DNA of 64,000 nt, taken from the NCBI GenBank assembly GCA_041746575.1, contig JBGTGT010000085.1, forward strand, positions 1-64,000. Reading direction: 5' to 3'. A program made the position numbers and the translations under genes. Positions 43,032 to 51,900 of this stretch are shown here, in pieces. Within the stretch, counting starts at the first letter, position 1. Each line of letters starts with the position of its first letter. The stretch is from Microcystaceae cyanobacterium. GTDB lineage: Bacteria > Cyanobacteriota > Cyanobacteriia > Cyanobacteriales > Microcystaceae. The notes under the pieces were generated by a model. It saw nothing but the letters and a program-made list of their open reading frames with translations, searched no databases and had not been told where the DNA came from.

Positions 43032-43154
43032 GAAGCATCAGTATCTTGATCAAACAAAGCTTTTCGCAGGATTGCGATCATTAAAAATTTTAACTCAAAA
43101 GTAGCGACACGATAATTTTACACAAGTTTGGCATATGATTCGGTCACCTCACAA

Positions 43155-43190
43155 GTTGGTCAAGGAAGTCTTTTCCCTAGCCAGCTTTTT
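43155..43190 (+). terminator. Imperfect stem-loop with T-tract downstream of rubredoxin
   Basis: AGTTGGTCAAGGAAG...TTTTCCCTAGCCAGCT followed by a T run. Confidence 0.45.
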
Positions 43191-43299
43191 GTTTCTTCTC
43201 GCCCCAATCAATTTTCAAATATTCCGCTAAAATACACTAAGAAAAAGGCGAATCCTCTCTGTCAGAATTTCTGCTAGTCATTGTTAGGAGTACCCCACT

Positions 43300-44304
43300 A
43301 TGAAAGCACAAGTTATTCAATCGTTTGGCGAACCTAGTGTTTTTGAAACGCTCAATTTACCCGATATTGAGCAAGTTCCACCGAATCACGTCTTAATTTG
43401 CGTGTCAGCTTCATCGGTTAATCCTGTGGACTGTAAAATCCGTTCGGGTAAACTGGCTAGCATTGCACCCGCTTTCCCTGCTATTTTACACGGTGATGTG
43501 GCTGGAGTCGTGACCCAAATTGGAGAAGGGGTCAATTCGTTTAGAGTGGGAGATGAAGTATATGGTTGCTCAGGAGGGATAACCGGTATCAATGGAGCTT
43601 TAGCAGAGTATATGTTAGTTGATGCTGATTTATTAGCTCTTAAGCCTCAATCGCTAACAATGACGCAAGCGGCCGCTCTCCCTCTAGTGAGTATTACAGC
43701 CTATGAGGCCTTGATTCAACGGGCGCAAATCAAACCCGAGCAAACCGTTCTTGTTCACGGGGCAACCGGAGGAGTGGGACATATAGCCATTCAACTCGCG
43801 AAAGCAAAAGGGGCTAAAGTTTTCGCAACTGCTTCTAATTCTCAGAAAATGGCGATCGCCAAACAGCTAGGGGCAGACATCGCCATTAATTACCGTGACA
43901 CGCCAGTGGAGGACTATGTGGATACCCACACTAAGGGGAGAGGGTTTGATGTGGCTTTTGATACCGTTGGCAAGGACAATCTCGATAGATGCTTTCAAGC
44001 GGTAAATATTAACGGGGTAGTGACTTCAATTTCTACTCGCTCTACCCATGATCTTAGCATCCTACAGGGTAAAGGATTAACCCTGCACAGCGTTTTTATG
44101 CTGATACCCTTACTTTACGGTATCAATCGGGCAAATCATGGAACCATCTTAACTCAGATAGCGCGATGGGTAGATGAAGGCAAAATTACCCCGTTAATTG
44201 ATACTCAAGCCTTCAAATTTTCTGAAGTTGCTCAAGCCCACCGTCATGCTGAATCAGGTTCAGCCATTGGCAAAGTCACATTAACCCAAGATTTATCAAT
44301 TTAA
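43300..44304 (+). CDS. MDR superfamily NADPH:quinone oxidoreductase-like protein
   Basis: SVNPVD, GDVAG, HGATGGVG and GKV motifs; lacks the Zn-binding Cys set. Confidence 0.88.
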   Translation: MKAQVIQSFGEPSVFETLNLPDIEQVPPNHVLICVSASSVNPVDCKIRSGKLASIAPAFPAILHGDVAGVVTQIGEGVNSFRVGDEVYGCSGGITGINGALAEYMLVDADLLALKPQSLTMTQAAALPLVSITAYEALIQRAQIKPEQTVLVHGATGGVGHIAIQLAKAKGAKVFATASNSQKMAIAKQLGADIAINYRDTPVEDYVDTHTKGRGFDVAFDTVGKDNLDRCFQAVNINGVVTSISTRSTHDLSILQGKGLTLHSVFMLIPLLYGINRANHGTILTQIARWVDEGKITPLIDTQAFKFSEVAQAHRHAESGSAIGKVTLTQDLSI

Positions 44305-44346
44305 CCAAGCTATTTACGTTATTTCCAAGAAATAGACTGGCTTGAC

Positions 44347-44847
44347 CTATCGATAATCTTTGGTCGTTGTCGTCGCCGCCGGTGGATGATAACGCTCATC
44401 TACTTCTACATGACGCTTATTACGACCTGTTAGTCCAAATAAACCCAGTAAACCGAGCAAGCCTAACCATCCCCAGTTAGCATTGTCTTGCACTGTGTCA
44501 ACCGCGCTTGATGCCGCTTCTTCCGCTCTTTGAGCTGCCGCTTCTGCGCTTTGAGCCGCATTTTGAGCCGCTTCTTGGGCTTGTCGTTGAGCCGCATAGC
44601 CAGCCGCATCTACCCCTTGTACAGTTTCCTGCCCTGCTCTTTGTAAAGAGTCTTGCGCATTGTCGAAATTCTCACCGGCGGTCTCTCCTTCTAACGTTCC
44701 CGTCGTCGCTGGGCGATTTTCTTGTACCGTTCCTGTTGTCGCTGGACTATTTTGTGCATAGGATAAATGAGTCGCTGAGGGGGTGATCGCGAGACCAACC
44801 GCCACTAAAGATGCACTTGTTATTTTATATAAGGGGTTCACTTTCAT
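44347..44847 (-). CDS. WGxxGxxG-CTERM domain protein
   Basis: Signal peptide, Ala/Gln-rich repeats, NWGWLGLLGLLGLFGL followed by a basic tail. Confidence 0.85.
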   Translation of the reverse strand: MKVNPLYKITSASLVAVGLAITPSATHLSYAQNSPATTGTVQENRPATTGTLEGETAGENFDNAQDSLQRAGQETVQGVDAAGYAAQRQAQEAAQNAAQSAEAAAQRAEEAASSAVDTVQDNANWGWLGLLGLLGLFGLTGRNKRHVEVDERYHPPAATTTTKDYR

Positions 44848-45033
44848 GATGTTTTCCTCTTAAGGCATAATACTATTACTTTTATCGATGAATTACAGAA
44901 AAGGCTCTGTTTTACATTCACAGTTTCAGAATAGTAAATCAGCGAAAAAAAATCTTCGTGCTAACGAAAGAATTAACCTAAGGTCGCCATCCCTCATTAG
45001 GAAGAGTCGGGTTTTAACCTTTTGCTCTCATGC

Positions 45034-46827
45034 TCACAATTTATAAAATAGCAACATTAAAAAAGGAGTTACAAACGTTAAAATGATCGTTAAAGGTGCG
45101 CCCACTTTTGTGAAATCCAGAAAGCGATAGCCTCCCGGACTATAAACCATGGTATTTGTTTGATAACCAATAGGGGTCATAAAACTGTTAGAGGCAGCAA
45201 ACATCGTGGTTAACATAAAGGGTAACGGTTCAAGATTTAATCCCTTCGCCACTTCTGCTGCAACAGGTAACATTAAGACTACAGAAGCATTATTAGAAAG
45301 AACTTCGGTAATTAAAGACGTTGCTAAATAGAATAAAAACAAAATCCAATAGTGAGAAAGATTGCCCCCCACCGAAGCAATATATTGGGCTATCCATTCA
45401 TTCGTTCCCGTATTTTTCATCGCAATGCCTAGGGGAATTAATCCTGCCAGTAAAAAAATGATATCCCAACGGACTGCACCATAAATTTCCCCCGGTTTCA
45501 TACAACCCGTCACCACCATCAAAATGATTCCTAACAAACTTCCTACCAAAATGGGGATAATGCTAAATGCTTCTAGCAAAATAACCCCAATCACAATTCC
45601 CACTGCAATGAAGGCTTTACTTTGTCTAAGGGTTTCTACATCTCGTTCTTCTAATACCAGTAACTCTCGTGTCGTTTGTAACCCGATAAAGCTTTCTTTC
45701 GGCCCTTGAACTAACAGTAAATCACCAAATCTGAGCTTCACTTTTCCTAAGGTTTGCCGAATGACTTCTTGACCTCGACGAACAGCTAAAACCGTAGCAT
45801 TATAGCGTTGTCGGAAGCGTAAATCTTTTAACGTTGTGCCAATTAAGCGAGAGTTTGAGAGAATTAAAACTTCCGCAATTTTTTCTTCGCCTGTACTCAA
45901 ATCTGATTCAATTTGTTTTTGATTAAACTTCACATCTGCCAGAATATTTACCCCTCTTTCTTCTCGTATTTTTAATAGCTCTTCTTTACCACCGCGAATA
46001 ATAAGTATATCCCCTAATGATAAAATTTTATCCGCTAACGGCTGGGGAAAATGGGTATCATTATGGATAATTTCGAGGACATCGAGATCAAATTTGCGTT
46101 GAATTCCCGATTGTCTTAGGGTTTGTCCAATTAAATCTGAGCGAGGAGGAATAATGACTTCACTCACATAATCATCTAAGCCATATTCTTGCTCAAGCAA
46201 TTGAGAATTGCGATTTGTCCGATTCGGTAAGAAACGACGACCAATAAAGGCTAAATAAATTGAGCCAATGGTAAAGGTAATTAAGCCGATGCGGGTGAAC
46301 TCAAATAACCCAAATTTTCCATAACCCAACTTTTCCGATAAGCCACTGGCAAGGATATTTGTAGAAGTTCCAAGAACTGTAATCATTCCCCCTAAAACGG
46401 ATAGATAAGAAAGGGGAATCAGTAACTGAGACGTAGAAATTTTACTCTTGCGACACCATTCTTCAACGATGGGCAAAAAGACGGCTACAACTGCTGTATT
46501 ATTAATGAAAGCACTGATTGGACCGACAATCATTCCGAGTAAAACAATTTGTCGAGTAGCTGTTTTTCCACCCCATTTAACCAAGTTGTCTCTAACTAAT
46601 TGAATGGCTCCTGTTTTGGTAATACCTGAACTGAGAATAAACATCGCCATCACTGTAATAGTCGCTGGATTACTAAAACCAGAAATGCCCTCTTCTGGGG
46701 TCACTAATCCGAGAATCATTAAAAAAATAGCAATGGCTAAGGCGGTGAGATCAGTAGGTAACCATTCAGCAATAAATGCAACTAAAGAACCAATCAATAT
46801 AGCAAGGGTTAAATAAATTTCTGTCAT
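45034..46827 (-). CDS. SLC13/CitMHS-type anion permease with two TrkA-C domains
   Basis: SAFINNT, GTSTN, LSNNA and TPIGYQTN motifs. Confidence 0.9.
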   Translation of the reverse strand: MTEIYLTLAILIGSLVAFIAEWLPTDLTALAIAIFLMILGLVTPEEGISGFSNPATITVMAMFILSSGITKTGAIQLVRDNLVKWGGKTATRQIVLLGMIVGPISAFINNTAVVAVFLPIVEEWCRKSKISTSQLLIPLSYLSVLGGMITVLGTSTNILASGLSEKLGYGKFGLFEFTRIGLITFTIGSIYLAFIGRRFLPNRTNRNSQLLEQEYGLDDYVSEVIIPPRSDLIGQTLRQSGIQRKFDLDVLEIIHNDTHFPQPLADKILSLGDILIIRGGKEELLKIREERGVNILADVKFNQKQIESDLSTGEEKIAEVLILSNSRLIGTTLKDLRFRQRYNATVLAVRRGQEVIRQTLGKVKLRFGDLLLVQGPKESFIGLQTTRELLVLEERDVETLRQSKAFIAVGIVIGVILLEAFSIIPILVGSLLGIILMVVTGCMKPGEIYGAVRWDIIFLLAGLIPLGIAMKNTGTNEWIAQYIASVGGNLSHYWILFLFYLATSLITEVLSNNASVVLMLPVAAEVAKGLNLEPLPFMLTTMFAASNSFMTPIGYQTNTMVYSPGGYRFLDFTKVGAPLTIILTFVTPFLMLLFYKL

Positions 46828-46954
46828 AGAAATCCGTGTCAAGTAAGACGATACAAAAGTCGCCATGAATAATGCCTTTTAAACTAGCACAAAAAGTGAA
46901 GGTCTGATCAAATTGCCTTGCACCTGCTAGGATCAAGATACTGACGCTCATTTT

Positions 46955-47509
46955 ATGGTTGTTATGACTCGTGGTTCTCGCTATTCTCCTCGTTCAACCC
47001 CTCCCCGTTATCCTGAACCACCTTCAGGGGGACTGAAGCAAAATTACGGAAAAATTGCCCTGATTGGAGGCATTTTTGTCCTAGGCATTGGAGTCGGTAT
47101 TGGCTTTAGTTCATCAGCCAGTTTTGACCCGCAAAATGTTGCATCACGGGAAGTAATTGACCGTAGTGCGCCGAATGCTGAATTATGCGCTCAATTTGGG
47201 GCGAGTGCAATTGTCAGTGATTTACGCATTTTTGTTTCTCTTAATCCTTTTAATGTTTATGTAACGCAACCTATTATGCAACCGGGATGTGTTTTAAGAC
47301 GAAATAATTGGTCTATTTTAGAAAAACAACGTTTGGTTAGTTCTGAACAAGTTCGAGACTGTAAAAACCACATGAATACTTTTGCATTTACAGGACCTTT
47401 AGAAGGAAGACCGACGATTAATTGTGTCTATCAAAACGATGCCGCCAGCAACCTCTTTTTGAATCAACCGGGGGCGGTTACACCCTCAACTGAAACCGAA
47501 AACTTTTAA
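46955..47509 (+). CDS. DUF3172 family protein
   Basis: TM helix followed by NVASRE.ID..APN.ELC.QFGASA and PGCVLR..NW. Confidence 0.8.
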   Translation: MVVMTRGSRYSPRSTPPRYPEPPSGGLKQNYGKIALIGGIFVLGIGVGIGFSSSASFDPQNVASREVIDRSAPNAELCAQFGASAIVSDLRIFVSLNPFNVYVTQPIMQPGCVLRRNNWSILEKQRLVSSEQVRDCKNHMNTFAFTGPLEGRPTINCVYQNDAASNLFLNQPGAVTPSTETENF

Positions 47510-47530
47510 CCTTATTTAAGTTTAATAAAG

Positions 47531-49285
47531 ATGCCAAGATATAGGACATTACTGATTACCTCTGCTATATTGAGTATCAATCTAATGATGGCAGATAAGA
47601 TATTAGCTGATAATTCTCTATATCTGGCGTATCCTCCCGAAAATCATCAAACCACATCAGAGCGCATTTTTTTTATTGGCAGTTCTTCTCCTAGCGGTCA
47701 ACTATCCATTAATGGACAGATAATTCACCGTTCTAAAATGGGTTATTTTGCACCTAGTTTCCCCTTAAAAATCGGCAACAATGAATTTATTTTGCGCGAA
47801 GGGGATCAAATGCTGAAACGCACCGTCACTCGCTTATCTTCCTCTCCTTCTCTACCTGACACTCTTGGTTTTGCGCCTAATTCTTTAAGTCCTAATCAAA
47901 CTATTCGACGGAGGGTTGGCGAATCCATTTGTTTTGAAGCGATCGCTCTTCCTGAAGCACAAGTATCTGTCCTCTTAGAGCGAGAAATTATTCCTTTAGT
48001 GAGTAATCAAAGTATCGAACTCCCTCCTAATTCTGCCGTTTTAACCCATCAAAACACCACCCAATCTTCAACGACAAAAAAGTACCAAGGCTGTCATCAA
48101 TTTACGCAAAGTGGCAACTTAGGAATACCTATTTTTCAACTCACTTACCAGAATCAAACCACTCATCAATCAGGTGCAGGAACTATTGAAATTCTCTCCG
48201 AAAATCAATTAAAAGCGATTGAAATAATTGCAGAAGTTGGCGTCACTCGAACAGGTCCGGGTAGCGATTATTCTCGTTTAACCCCTTTACCAAAAGGAAC
48301 ACAAGCGATGGTAACGGGTCAAGAAGGAGATTGGTTACGTCTAGATTATGGGGCATGGATTCAACAAAAAGAAACTCAAGAATTACGCCAAAACATCTTA
48401 CCAAAATCTATCATTAGAGGCATTTCTTCTGAGATTAAAGCTGATAGAACAGCGGTCATTTTTCCTCTGCAAATTCCGGTCCCCGTTACCCTTAGCCAAG
48501 AATCTCAAAAATTAACTTTAACCCTACATAATACGATTGCACAAACTGATACTATTTACCTCTCGGATGATCCTTTGATTGAACGATTAGACTGGCAACA
48601 AATTACCCCAGATAAAATTCAATATACCTTTCATTTTAAAAAACCACAACAATGGGGCTACGACGTTAAATACGAAGGAACAAATCTAATTTTATCCCTA
48701 CGCCATCCGCCTCAAATAAAAACCCATTCTTTAAAGGGAATAACTCTCTTAATTGATCCCGGTCATGGGGGAGACGAATTAGGATCAAAAGGTCCGACAG
48801 GTTACCCTGAAAAAGCGGTCAATTTAGCAGTTTCTCAATTACTAGCGCAGGAATTAAGGCAACGAGGGGCAACCATTTACTTAACGAGAGAAAGCGATGA
48901 AAATGTTTCTTTGAACGAACGAATAGATAGGATCAATCAGCAACAACCTAACCTTGCTTTATCGATTCATTATAATGCCTTACCCGATGGGGGTGACGCG
49001 ATGAATACCGCCGGAATTGGAGCTTTTTGGTATCATCCTCAAGCGCATTCTTTAGCACAATTTTTGCATCAATATCTGGTTAAGCATCTTGATCGTCCTT
49101 CTTATGGCGTTTATTGGCATAATTTAGCCCTAACCCGCCCCCATACCACTCCATCTATTCTATTAGAATTAGGATTCATGATTAATCCTCAAGAATTTGA
49201 ATGGATCATCAATACCGAAGAACAAAAAAAATTAGCGAAAGTGTTAGCAGATGGCATCGAACAGTGGCTTAAAGAACAATCTTAA
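47531..49285 (+). CDS. N-acetylmuramoyl-L-alanine amidase (Amidase_3)
   Basis: IDPGHGG, EK, SIHYNA and LLELGF motifs; SH3-like middle region. Confidence 0.92.
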   Translation: MPRYRTLLITSAILSINLMMADKILADNSLYLAYPPENHQTTSERIFFIGSSSPSGQLSINGQIIHRSKMGYFAPSFPLKIGNNEFILREGDQMLKRTVTRLSSSPSLPDTLGFAPNSLSPNQTIRRRVGESICFEAIALPEAQVSVLLEREIIPLVSNQSIELPPNSAVLTHQNTTQSSTTKKYQGCHQFTQSGNLGIPIFQLTYQNQTTHQSGAGTIEILSENQLKAIEIIAEVGVTRTGPGSDYSRLTPLPKGTQAMVTGQEGDWLRLDYGAWIQQKETQELRQNILPKSIIRGISSEIKADRTAVIFPLQIPVPVTLSQESQKLTLTLHNTIAQTDTIYLSDDPLIERLDWQQITPDKIQYTFHFKKPQQWGYDVKYEGTNLILSLRHPPQIKTHSLKGITLLIDPGHGGDELGSKGPTGYPEKAVNLAVSQLLAQELRQRGATIYLTRESDENVSLNERIDRINQQQPNLALSIHYNALPDGGDAMNTAGIGAFWYHPQAHSLAQFLHQYLVKHLDRPSYGVYWHNLALTRPHTTPSILLELGFMINPQEFEWIINTEEQKKLAKVLADGIEQWLKEQS

Positions 49286-49439
49286 ACCCTTAAATCTATA
49301 AAATAGAAGTTAAGTTATAGACCTTAAATTATTAATCATAAATCTTGAAGAAGCAACTCCCTCTTTTTGAAAAACCCTTGTCAGATTGTCCTTTTTTATT
49401 TAAAATATGGCTACTGGTCAGATTAATAAATGAGGATTT

Positions 49440-50432
49440 ATGAGTAAAACCTATCATGTTTATGGCTTAGGAAATGCCTTAGTAGATATGGAATTTGAAG
49501 TTACATCGGATCAACTTCAAGAACTATCCATTGATAAGGGGGTGATGACCTTAGTAGATGAAAAACGGCAGCAAGATTTAGTCCATCAATTAAGCGATCA
49601 TTCTTGTAAACGCAGTTGTGGAGGATCGGCAGCCAATACGATGGTAGCCTTAAGTCAACTAGGAGGTAAAGGGTTCTATGCGTGTAAAGTCGCCGGTGAT
49701 GAGTTTGGTAAATTTTATTTAGAAGACTTACAACGTTGGGGATTAGATACGAATTCTCACCCGCCACAAAATTCTCAAGAAATTACTGGAAAATGTTTAG
49801 TCATGGTTACCCCTGATGCCGATCGCACTATGAATACTTTCCTCGGTATTTCTGAATCTTTATCTGAAAAAGAACTCGATGAAAAAGCGATTACTCATTC
49901 CGAATATCTTTATTTAGAAGGCTATTTAGTAACCTCGCCAACGGGCAGACAAGCGGCGATCAAAGCCCGAAAAATTGCCCAAGCGACAGGCGTTAAAACG
50001 AGCTTTTCTTTATCCGATCCCAATATGGCAGAATTCTTTCGAGAAGGCTTATTAGAAATTATCGGAAATGGCTTAGATTTTATCTTTTCTAACGAGTCAG
50101 AAGCCCTAAAAATGGCTGAAACAGATAACTTGAATAGTGCCATTGTTTATTTGAAAAATCTATCTAAAGGATTTGCGATTACGTTAGGAGCAAAAGGATC
50201 GATTATTTTTGATGGTCAAACGATGTTAAACATTCCTTCTTTTCCCGTTGAAGCGATTGATACTGTCGGGGCAGGAGATATGTATGCGGGGGCTTTTCTG
50301 TATGGAATTACTCATGGTATGGATTATTTCCGTGCCGGAAAGTTAGCGTCTTTAGCCTCTTCTAAAATTGTGTCTTGTTTTGGTCCTCGTTTACCCAAGG
50401 CAGAATTACAGTCCCTTGTCACTTTAGTTTAG
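49440..50432 (+). CDS. PfkB family carbohydrate/adenosine kinase
   Basis: GNALVD, GGSAANT and DTVGAGD motifs. Confidence 0.9.
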   Translation: MSKTYHVYGLGNALVDMEFEVTSDQLQELSIDKGVMTLVDEKRQQDLVHQLSDHSCKRSCGGSAANTMVALSQLGGKGFYACKVAGDEFGKFYLEDLQRWGLDTNSHPPQNSQEITGKCLVMVTPDADRTMNTFLGISESLSEKELDEKAITHSEYLYLEGYLVTSPTGRQAAIKARKIAQATGVKTSFSLSDPNMAEFFREGLLEIIGNGLDFIFSNESEALKMAETDNLNSAIVYLKNLSKGFAITLGAKGSIIFDGQTMLNIPSFPVEAIDTVGAGDMYAGAFLYGITHGMDYFRAGKLASLASSKIVSCFGPRLPKAELQSLVTLV

Positions 50433-50588
50433 AATTAAGCCATTCGGGGGAATTTCCCCCCTATTTTTTCAGTTGTAATCTTTCAATTGAAAAGCGTGAC
50501 AGTTTAACCTCCAAAACGGTTTTGACCGATCAAAAGGGAAATGCTTCCTGTAAGATAGATCCATCAAGTTACGTTTAATCGAGATTTT

Positions 50589-51623
50589 ATGGTTGCTGAA
50601 CGGATTGTGCCAGAATTCAATACCGCCTTAGTGAAAATCACCAAAGAAGAAGGGTTGTTGTACTATGAAGACATGGTACTTGGCCGCTTATTTGAAGAAA
50701 AATGTGCAGAAATGTACTACCGTGGTCGAATGTTTGGCTTTGTTCATCTTTATAACGGTCAAGAGGCGGTTTCCAGTGGAATTATTAAAACCTTACGCCC
50801 CGATGAAGATTTTGTTTGTAGCACCTATCGGGATCACGTCCATGCCTTAAGTGCGGGTGTTCCTGCGAAAGAAGTGATGGCAGAGCTATTTGGTAAAGAA
50901 ACGGGGTGTAGTAGAGGGCGAGGTGGCTCAATGCACCTCTTTTCAGCAAAACATCGTCTATTAGGGGGTTACGCTTTTGTAGCTGAAGGAATTCCTGTGG
51001 CAACGGGGGCAGCTTTTCAAAGTAAATACCGTCGGGAAATGATGGGAGATCCCAGCGCGGATCAGGTGACGGCGTGCTTTTTTGGGGATGGGGCGAGTAA
51101 TAATGGTCAATTTTTTGAATGTTTAAACATGGCCGCCCTCTGGAAACTGCCAATTCTCTACGTTGTTGAGAATAATAAGTGGGCAATTGGTATGGCACAC
51201 GACAGAGCTACCTCTCAGCCCGAAATCTACAAGAAAGCCAGCGTTTTTAATATGGTAGGCGTCGAAGTGGATGGCATGGATGTGTTGGCGGTGCGTCAAG
51301 TGGCACAGGAAGCGATCGCCCGCGCGAGAGCCGGAGAAGGACCAACCCTTATTGAAGCCTTAACCTACCGTTTTCGCGGTCATTCCTTAGCCGATCCCGA
51401 TGAATTACGTTCCTCAGATGAGAAGCAATTCTGGGGTGCCAGAGATCCCATCGAAAAATTTGCTGCCTATTTAGTAGAGCATAATTTAGCCGATCAAGCC
51501 GAATTAAAGGCGATTCAACAGAAAATTCAAGACAGAATCAATGAAGCGGTTAAATTCGCCGAAGCAAGCCCAGAACCTGATCTCAGCGACCTCTATCGTT
51601 ATATATTTGCAGAGGATGTTTAA
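50589..51623 (+). CDS. pdhA: Pyruvate dehydrogenase E1 alpha subunit
   Basis: [25 protein letters not shown] and [10 protein letters not shown] motifs. Confidence 0.97.
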   Translation: MVAERIVPEFNTALVKITKEEGLLYYEDMVLGRLFEEKCAEMYYRGRMFGFVHLYNGQEAVSSGIIKTLRPDEDFVCSTYRDHVHALSAGVPAKEVMAELFGKETGCSRGRGGSMHLFSAKHRLLGGYAFVAEGIPVATGAAFQSKYRREMMGDPSADQVTACFFGDGASNNGQFFECLNMAALWKLPILYVVENNKWAIGMAHDRATSQPEIYKKASVFNMVGVEVDGMDVLAVRQVAQEAIARARAGEGPTLIEALTYRFRGHSLADPDELRSSDEKQFWGARDPIEKFAAYLVEHNLADQAELKAIQQKIQDRINEAVKFAEASPEPDLSDLYRYIFAEDV

Positions 51624-51653
51624 AGCTTTAAATTATTCATTCTATTTTTCTAG

Positions 51654-51679
51654 AGGGATCAAAGAAATCCCTTTTTTTT
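51654..51679 (+). terminator. pdhA intrinsic terminator
   Basis: AGGGAT-CAAAGAA-ATCCCT followed by a T tract. Confidence 0.6.
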
Positions 51680-51682
51680 ATG

Positions 51683-51880
51683 ACGTGAGTTCGACGAGGG
51701 CAATTATCTCAATCCTTTTGTCCATTCTCATTGGGATTAGGGGAAAAGAAAAACAAATTCTTGATTGGGGGACTAGCCCCCCAAACCCCCCAGCGGGGGA
51801 CGGAGTGCCTCCCCCGCACCCCCTGCACAAAAAAATTAAAGAAAGAAGACTTGTAAATTTTCTGATTGTCGAACTCACGT
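51683..51880. mobile_element. MITE copy 2 (198 bp, inverted relative to copy 1)
   Basis: Same 13-bp TIRs; flanked by the direct repeat TTTTTATG. Confidence 0.9.
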
Positions 51881-51900
51881 TTTTTATGAATATTGATGCG

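Noticed and set aside
42886..43104. 72-aa plus-strand ORF
   Set aside because: Out-of-frame shadow of the rubredoxin gene.
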